This document shows, in pieces, positions 36,268-48,140 of a stretch of DNA of 64,000 bases. Each line of letters opens with the position of its first letter. Within the stretch, counting starts at the first letter, position 1. Position numbers and translations under genes: made by a program. The notes below the pieces were generated by a model, which was not told the DNA's origin, searched no databases, and worked only from the letters and a program-made list of their open reading frames with translations. The DNA is taken from contig NC_067403.1 of the NCBI RefSeq assembly GCF_016432865.1, positions 171,554,001 to 171,618,000 on the forward strand. The letters run 5' to 3'. Source of the DNA: Antechinus flavipes. Lineage: Eukaryota.

Positions 36268-38116
36268 AAATTAAGGAAACTCAATTAGGAGGCTGTTAGA
36301 TGTATCAAGATGAGAGTAATAAAGGTCTAACCTAAGCGGATAGCCATATGAGGTGAAAGAAGTTTGGATATACTGCACAAAGGTTAAGTTTCTTCTGAAT
36401 GTGGTTTCAAATGAGGAAATTATAAAGTATTGCTTTCCTTGTATAAAGTAGATTTTTTTTTCTTCTATCTTATATTACAGTAAACCACAAAAAAGTTTCT
36501 TTTAGAATATTTTAATTTTTAATATATTTTAAGTCCCAGATATGCAGGCTTGATTTCTTGAATTTAAGACCACTTAAATATTTTACTTTAATGCTAATTT
36601 TACCATATAGAATGATTAAAAAGTACCCCCCCCCAATGATTAGTGGTTAACCTTCTAAAACTATCCCCCAGTCATTTTCAATTATAGCATCTATAAAAAA
36701 TAACTAAATCATCATTCATTTTTATTGTTTTTTGCAAAATTAATCTGAAAAGTATCAAAGCAAATTGCTACTTTAAAACGTGTTGAGTGCATATCCTCTT
36801 TTTTTTAAAAAGCAATGACAAAGAATGAAGTAAAGTTTCATCAGTTAGCAAGAATGATTTTTAAAATGAAAACTTTATTAAATTGCCTTCTTGTAGTAAT
36901 AATTGATTTTAATTTAAATCCTATCTACCCTACTTAGAGGGAACTATTTGATGTGTTGTGGTACTTCTAATCCTTCAAAACTCAAGTCTTTTGATTTCTA
37001 AAGTATAACTTATAGACCCATATAAAATAGGAAAGAAATCACAAGAGAACAGTCTGGTGATGTCATGCAATTGAATTGCAGGCTCCATGTAGGCTTGGGA
37101 TAGTGTCCTTTATTTTTGGCATTTGGGTTTCAGTGGCACAGAATATAAAGCCAAGCATTGCTTATTAAATATTTACTGAATGAAATTTTTTAAATGCACT
37201 GTATATAAATATTTTTTTCTACTTTTTCCCTCATTCTTAAAGGGGAACCTCCCTCCCTCTTTTGGCTTTCTCCACAACCTCTTAATAATAAGGATAGTTG
37301 GAATTTACATAACGCTTTGTTATATTATTTGATTAATACTTGCCTGGTAAGAAAAATTATTAGTTATTTGGGACTACTTATTATTCTCAATTATACTCAC
37401 TACATAGCTCAGTCACAGAAAGAAAATATTGCCATGGCCACACAATTGCTCTGTCCTTTTTACTTTAAAAAAAAAAAAAAAAACACCTTCAAACTTAAAA
37501 AAAATTTATTTTGAAAATGTAAATCTCTCAATGTTCTCTCACAGTTACCCTGTAGACCCAAAACTATAAAATGTTCGAGTTGCATGCCTGTGAAAACTTT
37601 GTATGTCAGCTGAGTACCAACCCGGCCAAGTTGGGGGGCTTCATCCCCAGAGTAACTAGTGGGGACATGAAATTTTAGGCCACATCAAGTCAAAGATGGG
37701 TTGCAATCTATTCCCCACACTTCAAGAATCCCAGATCTTTCAAGTATTCAGGGCAGTGTGGCTAGATAGATAGTAGTTTTGCAGATATTATTAATAATTT
37801 TAAATAAATTATGAAGTTAATGATAGGGAATTTCCTTAATCATTATAGTGTTCATAAGGTACTTGAGTTCTAATCTCTAGTAGCATAAGGAATTATATGT
37901 GATGATAACATTTTAAAAGTTTAAAAAACATGGGTTACAATGATCTTTTCAGGATCATTTTTTCAGTTGTCAGAATTATTTTCAAGATACTTTAAAGATA
38001 GAATTTGATTGGGTTTTCTATTTGTGGTTTCTGAGACATATAGTGATATAGATTAAAAAAAACTTTTAAAATGTGGGAACTGTGGATAATTGAGTTATTC
38101 TTATATTTTGATGCAG

Positions 38117-38225
38117 CAAGCACAGATGCAATTCATGACACTCAAGGAAGCATTGATCAAGTTGCTGTTGTCACCACCAACATTCTTTTCTTCATCACCC
38201 TGTTTATATTTGCTCTTTTTGAAAC
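38117..38225 (+). CDS. MFSD8: MFSD8 coding exon 8 ([19 protein letters not shown]...FIFALFET)
   Basis: tgcag| acceptor, |gtgagt donor, 109 nt. Confidence 0.97.
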
Positions 38226-39135
38226 GTGAGTTTTATTATTTGAAATTAGATTATCCTATTTTGTTAGCGAAGCATTCATACCCTTTAAAAGACAGTTTTT
38301 CTGATCATGGAACCAAAAATAAGTAAATAATAACAGGTACCAAAAATGTTATTCAGTAAGAAAAACTTTGTTATTGTCTTGCCACATTTAGGAGAGTAGG
38401 GGAACATACCATAGGATCTTGCCTCTTTATTCATTTTTCTCTTAGTATCTAATATTTAGATTCTAAGCATTGGGATTAATGTCCTGTAGTTTAATGCCAC
38501 AACTTATAGGGCAGGACTACTAGATCTAATATAATTGTACACCATATATTCAAAGAATAATTTTTCAATATCACAACTCTCTGGGACACTATGTAAACTG
38601 GGATAGGACATTTCATAAACTTTATATATCAGCTGAGTACCAACCTGGCCAAGCTGGAGGGCTTCATTCCCAGAGTGGTTAATGGGGACATGAAATTTTA
38701 GAACCCATCAAGTCAAAGATGGGTTTCAAATCTATTCCCCACACTTCAAAAATCTCAGATCTTTCAAGTGTTCAGGGCACTTCCACAAAGAATATTGTTT
38801 TGTAGTCTCCAAAGTCTTAATGTTAATTGGCTAGAAATATTAAATGTTATATTGCCTATCACCTTAATATTTCCTTCCTTTAGGGAGAGAGGCAGAGGAC
38901 TGTAGGGAATATTTTCAACATGGGCACTTTGTCTCTTGGCACACTTCATTAAATATTGTTCTTCTTCAAATACCCTTAACCCTCAGTATCTCAGCCTACT
39001 TTTCTCCCATGAGCTACTCCACCCCACCTCAGCCACAAGATGGTCATACCATTGATCTTGCTATCACCTCCATATTCAAGAATTCTGAAATTCTCATATT
39101 GACCATAACTGCTTGGTTTTCCACTACTACCTTTC

Positions 39136-40007
39136 TTTTTTTTTTTATTTTTTTATTTTTTTTTTAATTTTGAAAAAAATTTCTTTACAACATTATCTCT
39201 TGCACTCACTTCTGTTCCAACTTTATTCCTCCCTCCCTTTACCCCCTCCCCCAGATGGCAAGCAGTCCTATACATGTTAAATATGTCACAGTATAAACTA
39301 GATACAATATATGTGGGCAGAACCAAACAGTTCTCTTTTTGCACAGGAAGAATTGGATTCAGAAGGTAAAAATAACCCAGGGAGAAAAACAAAAATGCAA
39401 ACAGTTTACATTCATTTCCCAGTGTTCTTTCTTTGGGTGTAGCTGCTTCTGTCCATCATTGATCAATTGAAACTGAGTTAGATCATCTCTTTGTCAAAGA
39501 AATCCACTTCCTTCAGAATACATTCTCATACAGTATCATTGTTGAGGTATTTAATGATCTCCTGGTTCTGCCCATTTCACTCAGCATCAGTTCCCGTAAG
39601 TCTCTCCAGGCCTCTCTGAAATCATCTTGCTGGTCATTTCTTACAGAACAATAATATTCCATAACATTCATATACCACAGTTTATCCAACCATTCTCCAA
39701 CTGATGGGCATCTATTCATTTTCCAGTTTCTAGTCACTACAAACAGGGCTGCCACAAACATTTTGGCACATACAGGTCCCTTTCCCTTCTTTAGTATCTC
39801 TTTGGGGTATAAGCCCAGTAGTAGCACTGCTGGATCAAAGGGTATCTACAGTTTGATAACTTTTTGGGCATAATTCCAGATTGCTCTCCAGAATGGTTGG
39901 ATTCGTTCACAACTCCACCAACAATGCATCAGTGTCCCAGTTTTCCCGCATCCCCTCCAACATTCATCGTTATTTTTTCCTGTCATGTTAGCCAATCTAA
40001 CAGGTGT
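39136..40007 (-). mobile_element. Young 5'-truncated L1 (872 bp) inserted in an L2 in MFSD8 intron 8
   Basis: Poly-T start; 14-bp TSD CACTACTACCTTTC (39122-39135, 40008-40021); ORF 39513-39827 is the ORF2 C-terminus. Confidence 0.93.
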
Positions 40008-41240
40008 CACTACTACCTTTCCTTAACCACTTCCTTGACCCTTCATGTTCTCTAGGCTACTACACAAACATAGTGCTCCATCTCTGACTCTCCTCAGTGC
40101 CTAGAATGCCATTCTGATCAGCGACTTCCCTACTTTCTTTTCAGTCTCAACTAAAATCCCAACTTCTACAGGAAGCCTTCCCTAACCCTCTTAATTCTAG
40201 TTCTTTCCCTCTGTTAATTATTTCCTATTTATCCCGCTCAAAGCTTTTTTGTATTTAGTTTCCATGTCTTCTCACTTCATTAAATGGTCAGCTCCTTCAG
40301 AACAAAAACTATATTTTGCCCTTTTATTTATTCACAGCACTTGACATAGTGTGAAATACATAGTAGGTTTTTAATAAATGTTTATTGATTGATTGATTTT
40401 GCTTACCTATCTTAAAAGGAAGGATTCCATGAGGTGAAAGGTTTGTTTGTTTGTTTGTTTTTTGGGAAATGCCTAGTATAAATAATCAAAAAACTAGTAA
40501 TTAAATCTTCAAAAGTCATTTTTTTTTAAAGATGTAGGAAAAAATGTTAAACCCATTTGCATTTGGAAAATTCACTTAGGAAGAATCATTTTCCAGAAAT
40601 ACATCTAAATGATAAATGACCAGAATATGTGAACAGACAGTTTTCAGAAGAAATTAAAGCCATTTATAGAATATCTATAGAAATGTGAAAAAATGCCCTT
40701 GGGGATGCAGCCAGGTAATACAAGCTGGACAGAAGCAGTGCTGAAGTGGATTTCATGCCTGGCTCTGTAACACAAGATGTAATGTTGCCTGTAAACCAAC
40801 TGAATTTACTTTAGGTCTTCATGAAAAACAGTGCTTTAGGTCTGATGCACCAAATTTTCAAATCAAGATAGAAAACTAAATCTCTGTGCCATATTATGTC
40901 CAAGTAAAGGAAAGTTAAGAAAAGATAAATGAGAAGAAGGAAGAAAGAAAATGGAAGAATCTATAGATTCTGAGGCAAACTAGTGGTATTATTTCTAACT
41001 CTAAAGCAACAAAAATCCATATTGATGCTGTTGAATGTGTAAAAAATGAGAAACAGACTGAGAAAGATTGGACAGATGATTAAAGTTACTTGTTGGTCAT
41101 GTTATCACTTAAGAAAGTTGAAATTCAAATGTACATTTCTTGATTCAGTTTTACACTGTCAGTTGTTTTCATTAATGTTAAGTCTTTTAAGTATTCTCTC
41201 TACTTCCTATAATATTATTGTCTTTATTTGATTATTCTAG

Positions 41241-41375
41241 CATTGCTACTCCGCTAACAATGGATATGTATGCTTGGACCAGAGAACAAGCAGTTTTATA
41301 TAATGGAATAATACTAGCTATTGTTGGAGTTGAAGCTGTCATTGTTTTCATGGGCATGAAAACACTTTCCAAAAA
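41241..41375 (+). CDS. MFSD8: MFSD8 coding exon 9 ([22 protein letters not shown]...KTLSK)
   Basis: tctag| acceptor, |gtaagt donor, 135 nt. Confidence 0.97.
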
Positions 41376-44300
41376 GTAAGTTACTACATTTTTTGGTTTC
41401 CATTCTAACCATTCAAAGGAAAATACAAAACAATGATTCTCAATCAAATATGTGTTGCCAAAATATTTAAATTTTATTTTATTTATACCTCTTTATACAA
41501 GTTTTTAAAATGTTACCTAAAAATTTAAGGGAATCCTATGTAAGAATACTTTTGTTTAAAAAAAAAATTTGTGAAATATTTACCTCATTGTCCTGTTGTC
41601 TAAATCTAAATCAGATATTGTACTTGTTTAAACTGCATGGGTATATACCCATATAGTTTGAGAAACCACCGGCATAAATTATTGGTATTGTGATTTAAAT
41701 TTATGTTGTTTTTTTTTTTAAAAGGGAAAAGTTAATTGGTTTTTTAAAAAAATATTGCATTTTATAAATAATTGGAGAACTATTTGAGACCTGCACATGA
41801 CCTTGATGTCTAGGTATTTATAGATTATTTGAGGAGGAAATAATCACATCGTATCAATATTGTAGTAAAAAATGGTATATAATTAAATGCTAAATATGTA
41901 TATTAGTGAGTGCTACCTCAAACAATTAAGTGCCTGGAGTTCAGAGAATGTGAACTGGGGTAATAAGATAAAGATTGACCAGGGCTCTATAATAGTCCTC
42001 CAGAGACTCAGTAGTCCCCAAGAGGAACTACCTTCCCAGTCAGAGAAAGCTGTGGTACAGCCACCATTCAGAGGGTGAAAAAATACTTGCAGTAACTAGT
42101 GGAGCTCATCTCTCCAGCCCAACCACTCTATGTTCTTTTACCCATAATTGCCCAATAATCTGTGTGTGTTAACCTTCCATGACTATGGCTGTGAAAGCTG
42201 TGAGCTTCCCCTCCTCTTCACTCCCAACCCCTATAACCAGAAGTTGTGCAGGCAGAGTCTTCCCAGGTACCCTTCATATACCCACGTCTGCAGCCAGGCT
42301 GCCCCTTAGTGTGTTCTCAGTACTACCTCACCCCATTTTTGTTTTTAATGAGAAAAGAGAGCCACAGAGGAGTTGAAATCTGCATTGCAGATGTCTCGTA
42401 TTATTTCTTGATCAGATGAAATATTTGTAAACCATTTAGCCTGGCACCAAGTAGGTGTCTAATATATGTGTATTTCCTTCCCTAAGCCCATCTCCCTTCC
42501 TCTTTCTGTGGAGCTTGTCACCATCCTTCTGAGTTCAAAATCATCTCCTCAGCTCCTCTCTTTCACTTCTGCTGCCTTTCCCATAGCTTGCCAAACCTTG
42601 TCCTTTCTACCTTCACGGCATATCTCACATCTCTTCCCATCTTTCTACTCAGACACCATCACTACCAGCCAAGCTCAGGCACTTATTGCTACCTCTCACC
42701 TGCACTGTTGCCACAGCCTTCTAATGGTCTACCCTGCCTCATCTCTTCCTGTTCCAGCTCATTCTTCACTTAGCTCTTAAAATGTTTTCCTAAACATCAG
42801 ACCATATTACTGCCCAGCTCAGTAAATTTCAGTAGCTTCCTACTGACTTTAGGATCAAACATTATTTCTTATTTCATCCTTAAAAGTTTTTTTCTTTTAC
42901 TTTTATAATATGCAGAATTATCAGTAAACTAGTACATCTATGTAAGATATATAATTACACATGCACAAACTCACAGTGTATCCCCAAAGATATGTTACTG
43001 GTAGGTTAAATGTGTAACCACAAAAGTTTAGAGATCACTAGTATAGGCAACAGTGGTGAAGGAAGGTATTCTAGCAGAAGGAGCAGTATGAGTAGATTGG
43101 GAACCTCGCTGGCCCAAGTGTGGATTGACCAGAAGTTAGGATGGCAAGTCACTTTTGGAGGAAAAGTTTTACTGTAAGTGTATTAGTTTTGAGATAATAT
43201 TAGGGCATCCAAGAATAGACCTGTAATGATCAATCCCTCTGAGGAATCCAGATGTCTTGGAATATCAGTTAAAAACGTAAATCATGCTCAGTATATTTTA
43301 CTTACCAATCCAAAAAGTACATGGATTATTTCTGGGAAAAATTTTTAGGGATGTATGCATAAATAAGTATTTTAGTTGGAGTTGTCTTGATTCCTCAATC
43401 TCTTGTCCCTCACACATCATTATAATGCATACCTTCATTCAGTTTTCCTTGTAAGTCTTTTGAATGTCTTTTCCGTATCCACCTATTGCCACAATCCTAG
43501 CTCCCATTGTTTCTCACTTTGTGCCTGGGTGACTCCCTGCCTCCTTCTTCCCCGTTAGCCCATGCAAATGGGAACTGACAGTGTAGAGACAGAAGAGAAG
43601 AGAGCCCAGGACAGCCATAGGCGATGGTCCCCACTTACGATACTGAGAAGGACCCATCTGTCAGATAGGTGAGGAATCAAAAGATGTCAGATTGTCCATA
43701 GCCCAGAGGGGGAAGGTGAGCAGGAGAAAGTAGTTACAGCACCTTCAGATAGGTGGATGATGAAGGATGAAAGGGAAGAGATGGTTGGTAATTTTGGAGA
43801 GTGCAGTTTCAGTTGAATTGAGTCAAGAATAAGAAGGTTGAGAACCTGGAGGCTGAAAGAATGCTAGTGTTAATGAAAATATGCAAATTCAGAAAAGGGG
43901 GATGAGGTTGGAGAAAACAGTGGCAACTGACGAATGCTTGTTCATTTTGTCTCAATCACTCTTTACTGCCTACAATGAGTAATTTGTATTGTATTATATT
44001 GTATTGAAAGGGGGATGTTTACTACTAAGCGCAATGGTGATCAGGTTAAGCTATGATGACTTGGAGGTAAAAATGGGAATGGAAATTTGTATATCTACTG
44101 GTTCCAGTTATATTAGGTCTCTCCTGCCCTGTGGAGTTTTCTGCTGAAAAAGTCAGTTTGGGAGGGGGAAGGTGGGGGAAGTGCTGACTAGGGTGGTAAA
44201 ATTGTGTTAGCATCACGTCTTTTGATTACATACTCTTATCCTACCAATAACACATTTTTGAGGACACATCCTGATAAGATGCAACCCATGTTGCCACTTT

Positions 44301-44522
44301 TACATTTATTATTCACTTAAACTTGAGGTCCGACCAAGACCATTTGGCACCTTTCCTCAGTCACTATTTGTAGAACAATAGCCTAGATGAGAAAAATAGA
44401 CAACAACTTAGGTAGCCCAAACACATTGATTATCCCAACTCCCTCATTTTCCGTTGTCTGGTATTTTTACTGTAAATTATCAAAATTGCTTAAATTAATG
44501 AATGTCTATTTTTCTTTCCTAG

Positions 44523-44626
44523 AACTGGAGAGCGTATACTTCTGCTTGGAGGATTCATAGTTGTTTTAATTGGATTCTTTATTTTGTTACCTTGGGGAAA
44601 TCAGTTTCCAAAGATACAGTGGGAAG
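44523..44626 (+). CDS. MFSD8: MFSD8 coding exon 10 ([10 protein letters not shown]...[13 protein letters not shown])
   Basis: cctag| acceptor, |gtattc donor, 104 nt; followed by an 82-nt intron. Confidence 0.97.
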
Positions 44627-44708
44627 GTATTCTCTTGATTGTGAAAACTTATTTTTATCTACTTAAGCTACTTTTGTCTCAAAATAATGTGCTCTGCTTC
44701 CTTTTTAG

Positions 44709-44956
44709 ATTTACATAATAATTCGATTCCTAATAAATCATCTGGAGAAAAGGTTATGTATTTTTGGAAGTTATCAACAGGAAATTCTAGTGAAGCTCCA
44801 ACTGGCTGCCCAGTGCAGCAGTCCTGGTGTTTTTACACTCCAGTGATTCACTTGGCCCAGTTCGCCGTTGCTTCTGCGCTAATAGGGATAGGCTATCCAG
44901 CCTGCAGTGTTATGTCTTATACTTTATACTCAAAAATTTTGGGACCAAAACCTCAG
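44709..44956 (+). CDS. MFSD8: MFSD8 coding exon 11 ([12 protein letters not shown]...[10 protein letters not shown]), luminal glycosylated loop
   Basis: tttag| acceptor, CAG|gtaaga donor, 248 nt; covered by ORF 44687-44977. Confidence 0.98.
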
Positions 44957-45976
44957 GTAAGAGAATTACAGAGTTAATAGTTACCTCTTACAATTAAGAG
45001 GTCTTTTAAAACTTGTGATTTTTGCTACATTATTTCAAAATGGTCTGATTTACAAATTTCTACGATTATTTGATATTTTCAATCAAGAGAATAAACATTA
45101 TTGTGGTTTTGCAAAATGTTTCTGGAAACCTCTGAGGTCAAAATCTAGTTTATTTGGCAAGCATGGTATAGCAAAAGCACCTGTGTCCAAAGGTCATTCT
45201 TTAGAGTTGATCTGGAAGGGAGCTGTGGGCCCCAGTTGTGCTAACAATGAACTTATATATTCACTTGACTGTGAAAATGCAGCCTCGTTTTTTAGTAACA
45301 GTACTACAAAGGACCACTAGATGGGAATGTTTCTCCCCGAAAGCATGGCATTTCTCCTGTGAAAGGAAAAGATAGTATTTGAAGAATAGACTAGATTGCA
45401 GAATTTAAGATAAAGTTAAGATACCATTTCATAACAAAATTTGGCAATATTTATCATCTTTTTAAAAAAAAAGTCTAGAAGGTTATGCTTTTCTTTTTCT
45501 TCTTCTCCAGCTCAATTTATAAGTAAGGAACACTTAACAGTGTTAAGTGACTTGCCCTAGGATCACATAGCTATTAAGTGTGAAGCCAGATTTGAACCCA
45601 GGAAGATAATTTTCTTTGTGGTCTGTCTTTTTTGTTTGTTTGTTTCTGTGAATTCAAATGAACTATGAATAGTAAATATTATTTAAATAAACAATAAAAT
45701 GATTTATCAAACTGAAGTGACATTGTTGGACTAATTAAAGCTAGTCTTTCATTCTGATGTATAACTGAAGAATCTGTAAATTTTGTTAAACTATGTAAAA
45801 GGGAGAAAAGAAAAATAATGGGGAAGAATTTATTGACTTAATTGAGAAGATATATCTAGAAAAAGGAAGGAAGAAGAAAGAGTTGATGCTTAATTGAATC
45901 TTATACTGCTGATATTTTCATTGCCCCTCATTTTGTTAACAGAAATTAAACAGTTTTCAACCTTTTTTCTTTTTAG

Positions 45977-46183
45977 GGCGTCTACATGGGCTGGTTAACA
46001 GCTTCTGGAAGTGGAGCAAGGATTCTTGGACCAGTGTTTATTAGCCAAACATATATTTACCTAGGGCCTCGATGGTCATTTGGCTTAGTCTGTGGAATCA
46101 TTATATTAAGTATCATACTTGTGGGAGCAGTTTATAAGAGATTGATTGCTTTTTCTGTACGACATGGGAGGGTTCAAGAGTAA
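45977..46183 (+). CDS. MFSD8: MFSD8 coding exon 12, terminal ([19 protein letters not shown]...VRHGRVQE*)
   Basis: tttag| acceptor, TAA at 46181-46183. The 12 exons total 1560 nt = 519 aa plus stop, with no frameshift. Confidence 0.98.
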   Translation, partial: GVYMGWLTASGSGARILGPVFISQTYIYLGPRWSFGLVCGIIILSIILVGAVYKRLIAFSVRHGRVQE

Positions 46184-46551
46184 GCTTAGGATAGTTAAGT
46201 TGAAAAGGTAAAGAGCTTCATATCAATATTGCTATGAGTCTGGGATATTTATTTCTAGAAAAAGAGGTGAATTTTATGAAGGCTCATGTTAATATTCTAA
46301 GTCTTATAATATGTATTAAAAACAGGCTAAATTTTGCCCCTCTTGGCAAGTTAATTCTTCTTAGATTGTATCAAACTTCCATATTTACTAGGTGAAACAG
46401 ATTTATTTTACATTGTCCAAACTAATGATCAAACAGCAATATATAAAGATTAGCAACATTCTTTTTTTTTCCCTGAGGCAATTGGAGTTAAGTGACTCGC
46501 CCAGAGTCACCCAGCTGCAACATTCTTATATGCTAAAGCTGCACTTGTTTT

Positions 46552-46557
46552 AATAAA
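46552..46557 (+). terminator. MFSD8: Probable MFSD8 proximal polyadenylation signal AATAAA
   Basis: AATAAA about 370 nt after the stop codon, followed by U-rich sequence; actual use not shown. Confidence 0.5.
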
Positions 46558-47990
46558 TTAGTTTTGAATCAGGTTTATAATCATTTTGATTATATCAGTT
46601 TATTGATTTATATCAATTATAATTTATTGATTATATCAATTATTGTTGATTATATTTTTAAAAAGACCACAAAGAAAATCATCTTCCTAGGTTCAAATAA
46701 TTGATTGTTTATAATCAGAGAACTAAAACAAAAGTGTAGAAACTACTGATTGTAGTGTTGGGTTAGAGAGACTAGCTCCAAATTTTCACACCACAAAAAA
46801 ATTAGAAATGTATATTACTATAGGTTATATTGTTGTTCAGTTGTTTTAGTCATGTGCAACATGAATCCATTTGGGGTTTTCTTGGCAAAGATATTAGAGT
46901 ATTGCCATTTTCATTCTCCAGCTTTTTCTTTAAGAAAAAAAAAAATGAGAAAACTGAAACAAACAAGGTTAAGTGACTTGCTCAGGGGCATACATGTAGT
47001 GAATGTCAGAGCCCAGAGTTGAATTCATAAAGATAAGTCTTTCTGACTCCAGTCCAGGCACTCTATCCACTGTACTACCTAGCTATACTGTAGGGTTTTT
47101 TTATGTGGGACCACTCTTGGGTCAGGATGACGTTAAGTTCATCTTAATTCAAGTCCCATCTCTGGTGCATTCTAGACCTCGGCAGGTCTCTTCACACTCA
47201 GTACCCCCAGACAACTCTTTTAAGAGTATAAACACAGAATAAGTACCATCTGCCTTAGCAAAGGAAGTTTACTTGCTGATAATTCCTTAAGTCAATAACT
47301 GGCTCCCTGCCTCTAAAAATACAAGAATGTTAAATTACAAAATTAGTACTTTATTTTTCATCGCCCAATCCCTTTTTTGAAGTCTGAACAGTGTGTAAAG
47401 TAGTAGGCTTTAGGCTAGGTACTAAGAGAGGCAGATTCTGTAAAAGCACCTGACCCTCCAGATTCTTCCTTAGTAGAGGAGATAACACAAATAATTCCAC
47501 ATAGAGTTAAGTGCGAGAGAGAGAGAGAGAAAATGAATCTAGAAAAAGGCTTCTATGAGGCACTCACTTTTACTTGAGTAAGATCAGAATAGCATTTGAC
47601 TTCACTTAGAGAATGGTCAGGGTTTCAACTCAAGGCAGAGAAGGGGGAATTCCAAGAAAAAAAAAAAGTTTGAGAATAGTGGGGAACTCACAGAAAAGCA
47701 GGCATCTGATTGGGCCAAAGTAGAGCATCAGCATTAAGAAAAGTTCATGATGGAGCTTGCCTTCTAAACAGATTGGGGAGGGAAGGGAAAGAAAAAGAGA
47801 ATTTTGAACTGGAAATAAAATATGATTGAATTTTTTAGAAAAGAAAATGAGATGAAGAATACTGAGGTTACTTTGGAACAAAGTTGTAGAAAGGTATAAT
47901 TGCCAAGCTAATGAGTTTAGAATTTACCTGGTAAACAAAGGTTTGCCCAAGATTTCATTAAATGATTCTTTAATTGAAATGTACTCATAA

Positions 47991-48140
47991 GGGGCTGCTA
48001 GGTGGTGCAGTGGTTAGAGCATCAGCCCCAAAGTCAGGAGGACCTGAGTTCAAATGTGACCTCAGACACTTAACACTTCCTAGCTGTGTGACCCTGGGCA
48101 AGTCACTTAACCCCAATGCCTCAGCAAAAAAAAAAAAAGA
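47991..48140 (+). mobile_element. Young WSINE1-like SINE with poly(A)
   Basis: Near-consensus full-length copy; explains ORF 47974-48195. Confidence 0.9.

Noticed and set aside
39513-39827. 104-aa ORF (also 5501-5818, 31408-31642, 52641-53003)
   Set aside because: These are remnants of L1 ORF2 inside 5'-truncated elements, not host genes.
44627-44708. 82-nt intron with a GTATTC donor as a possible U12-type intron
   Set aside because: The donor is GTATTCTC, not GTATCCTT, and there is no clear TCCTTAAC branch box; treated as U2-type.
47991-48070. tRNA-like A/B boxes (also at 13155, 32657, 34932)
   Set aside because: These are heads of tRNA-derived SINEs with CORE bodies and A tails, not tRNA genes.
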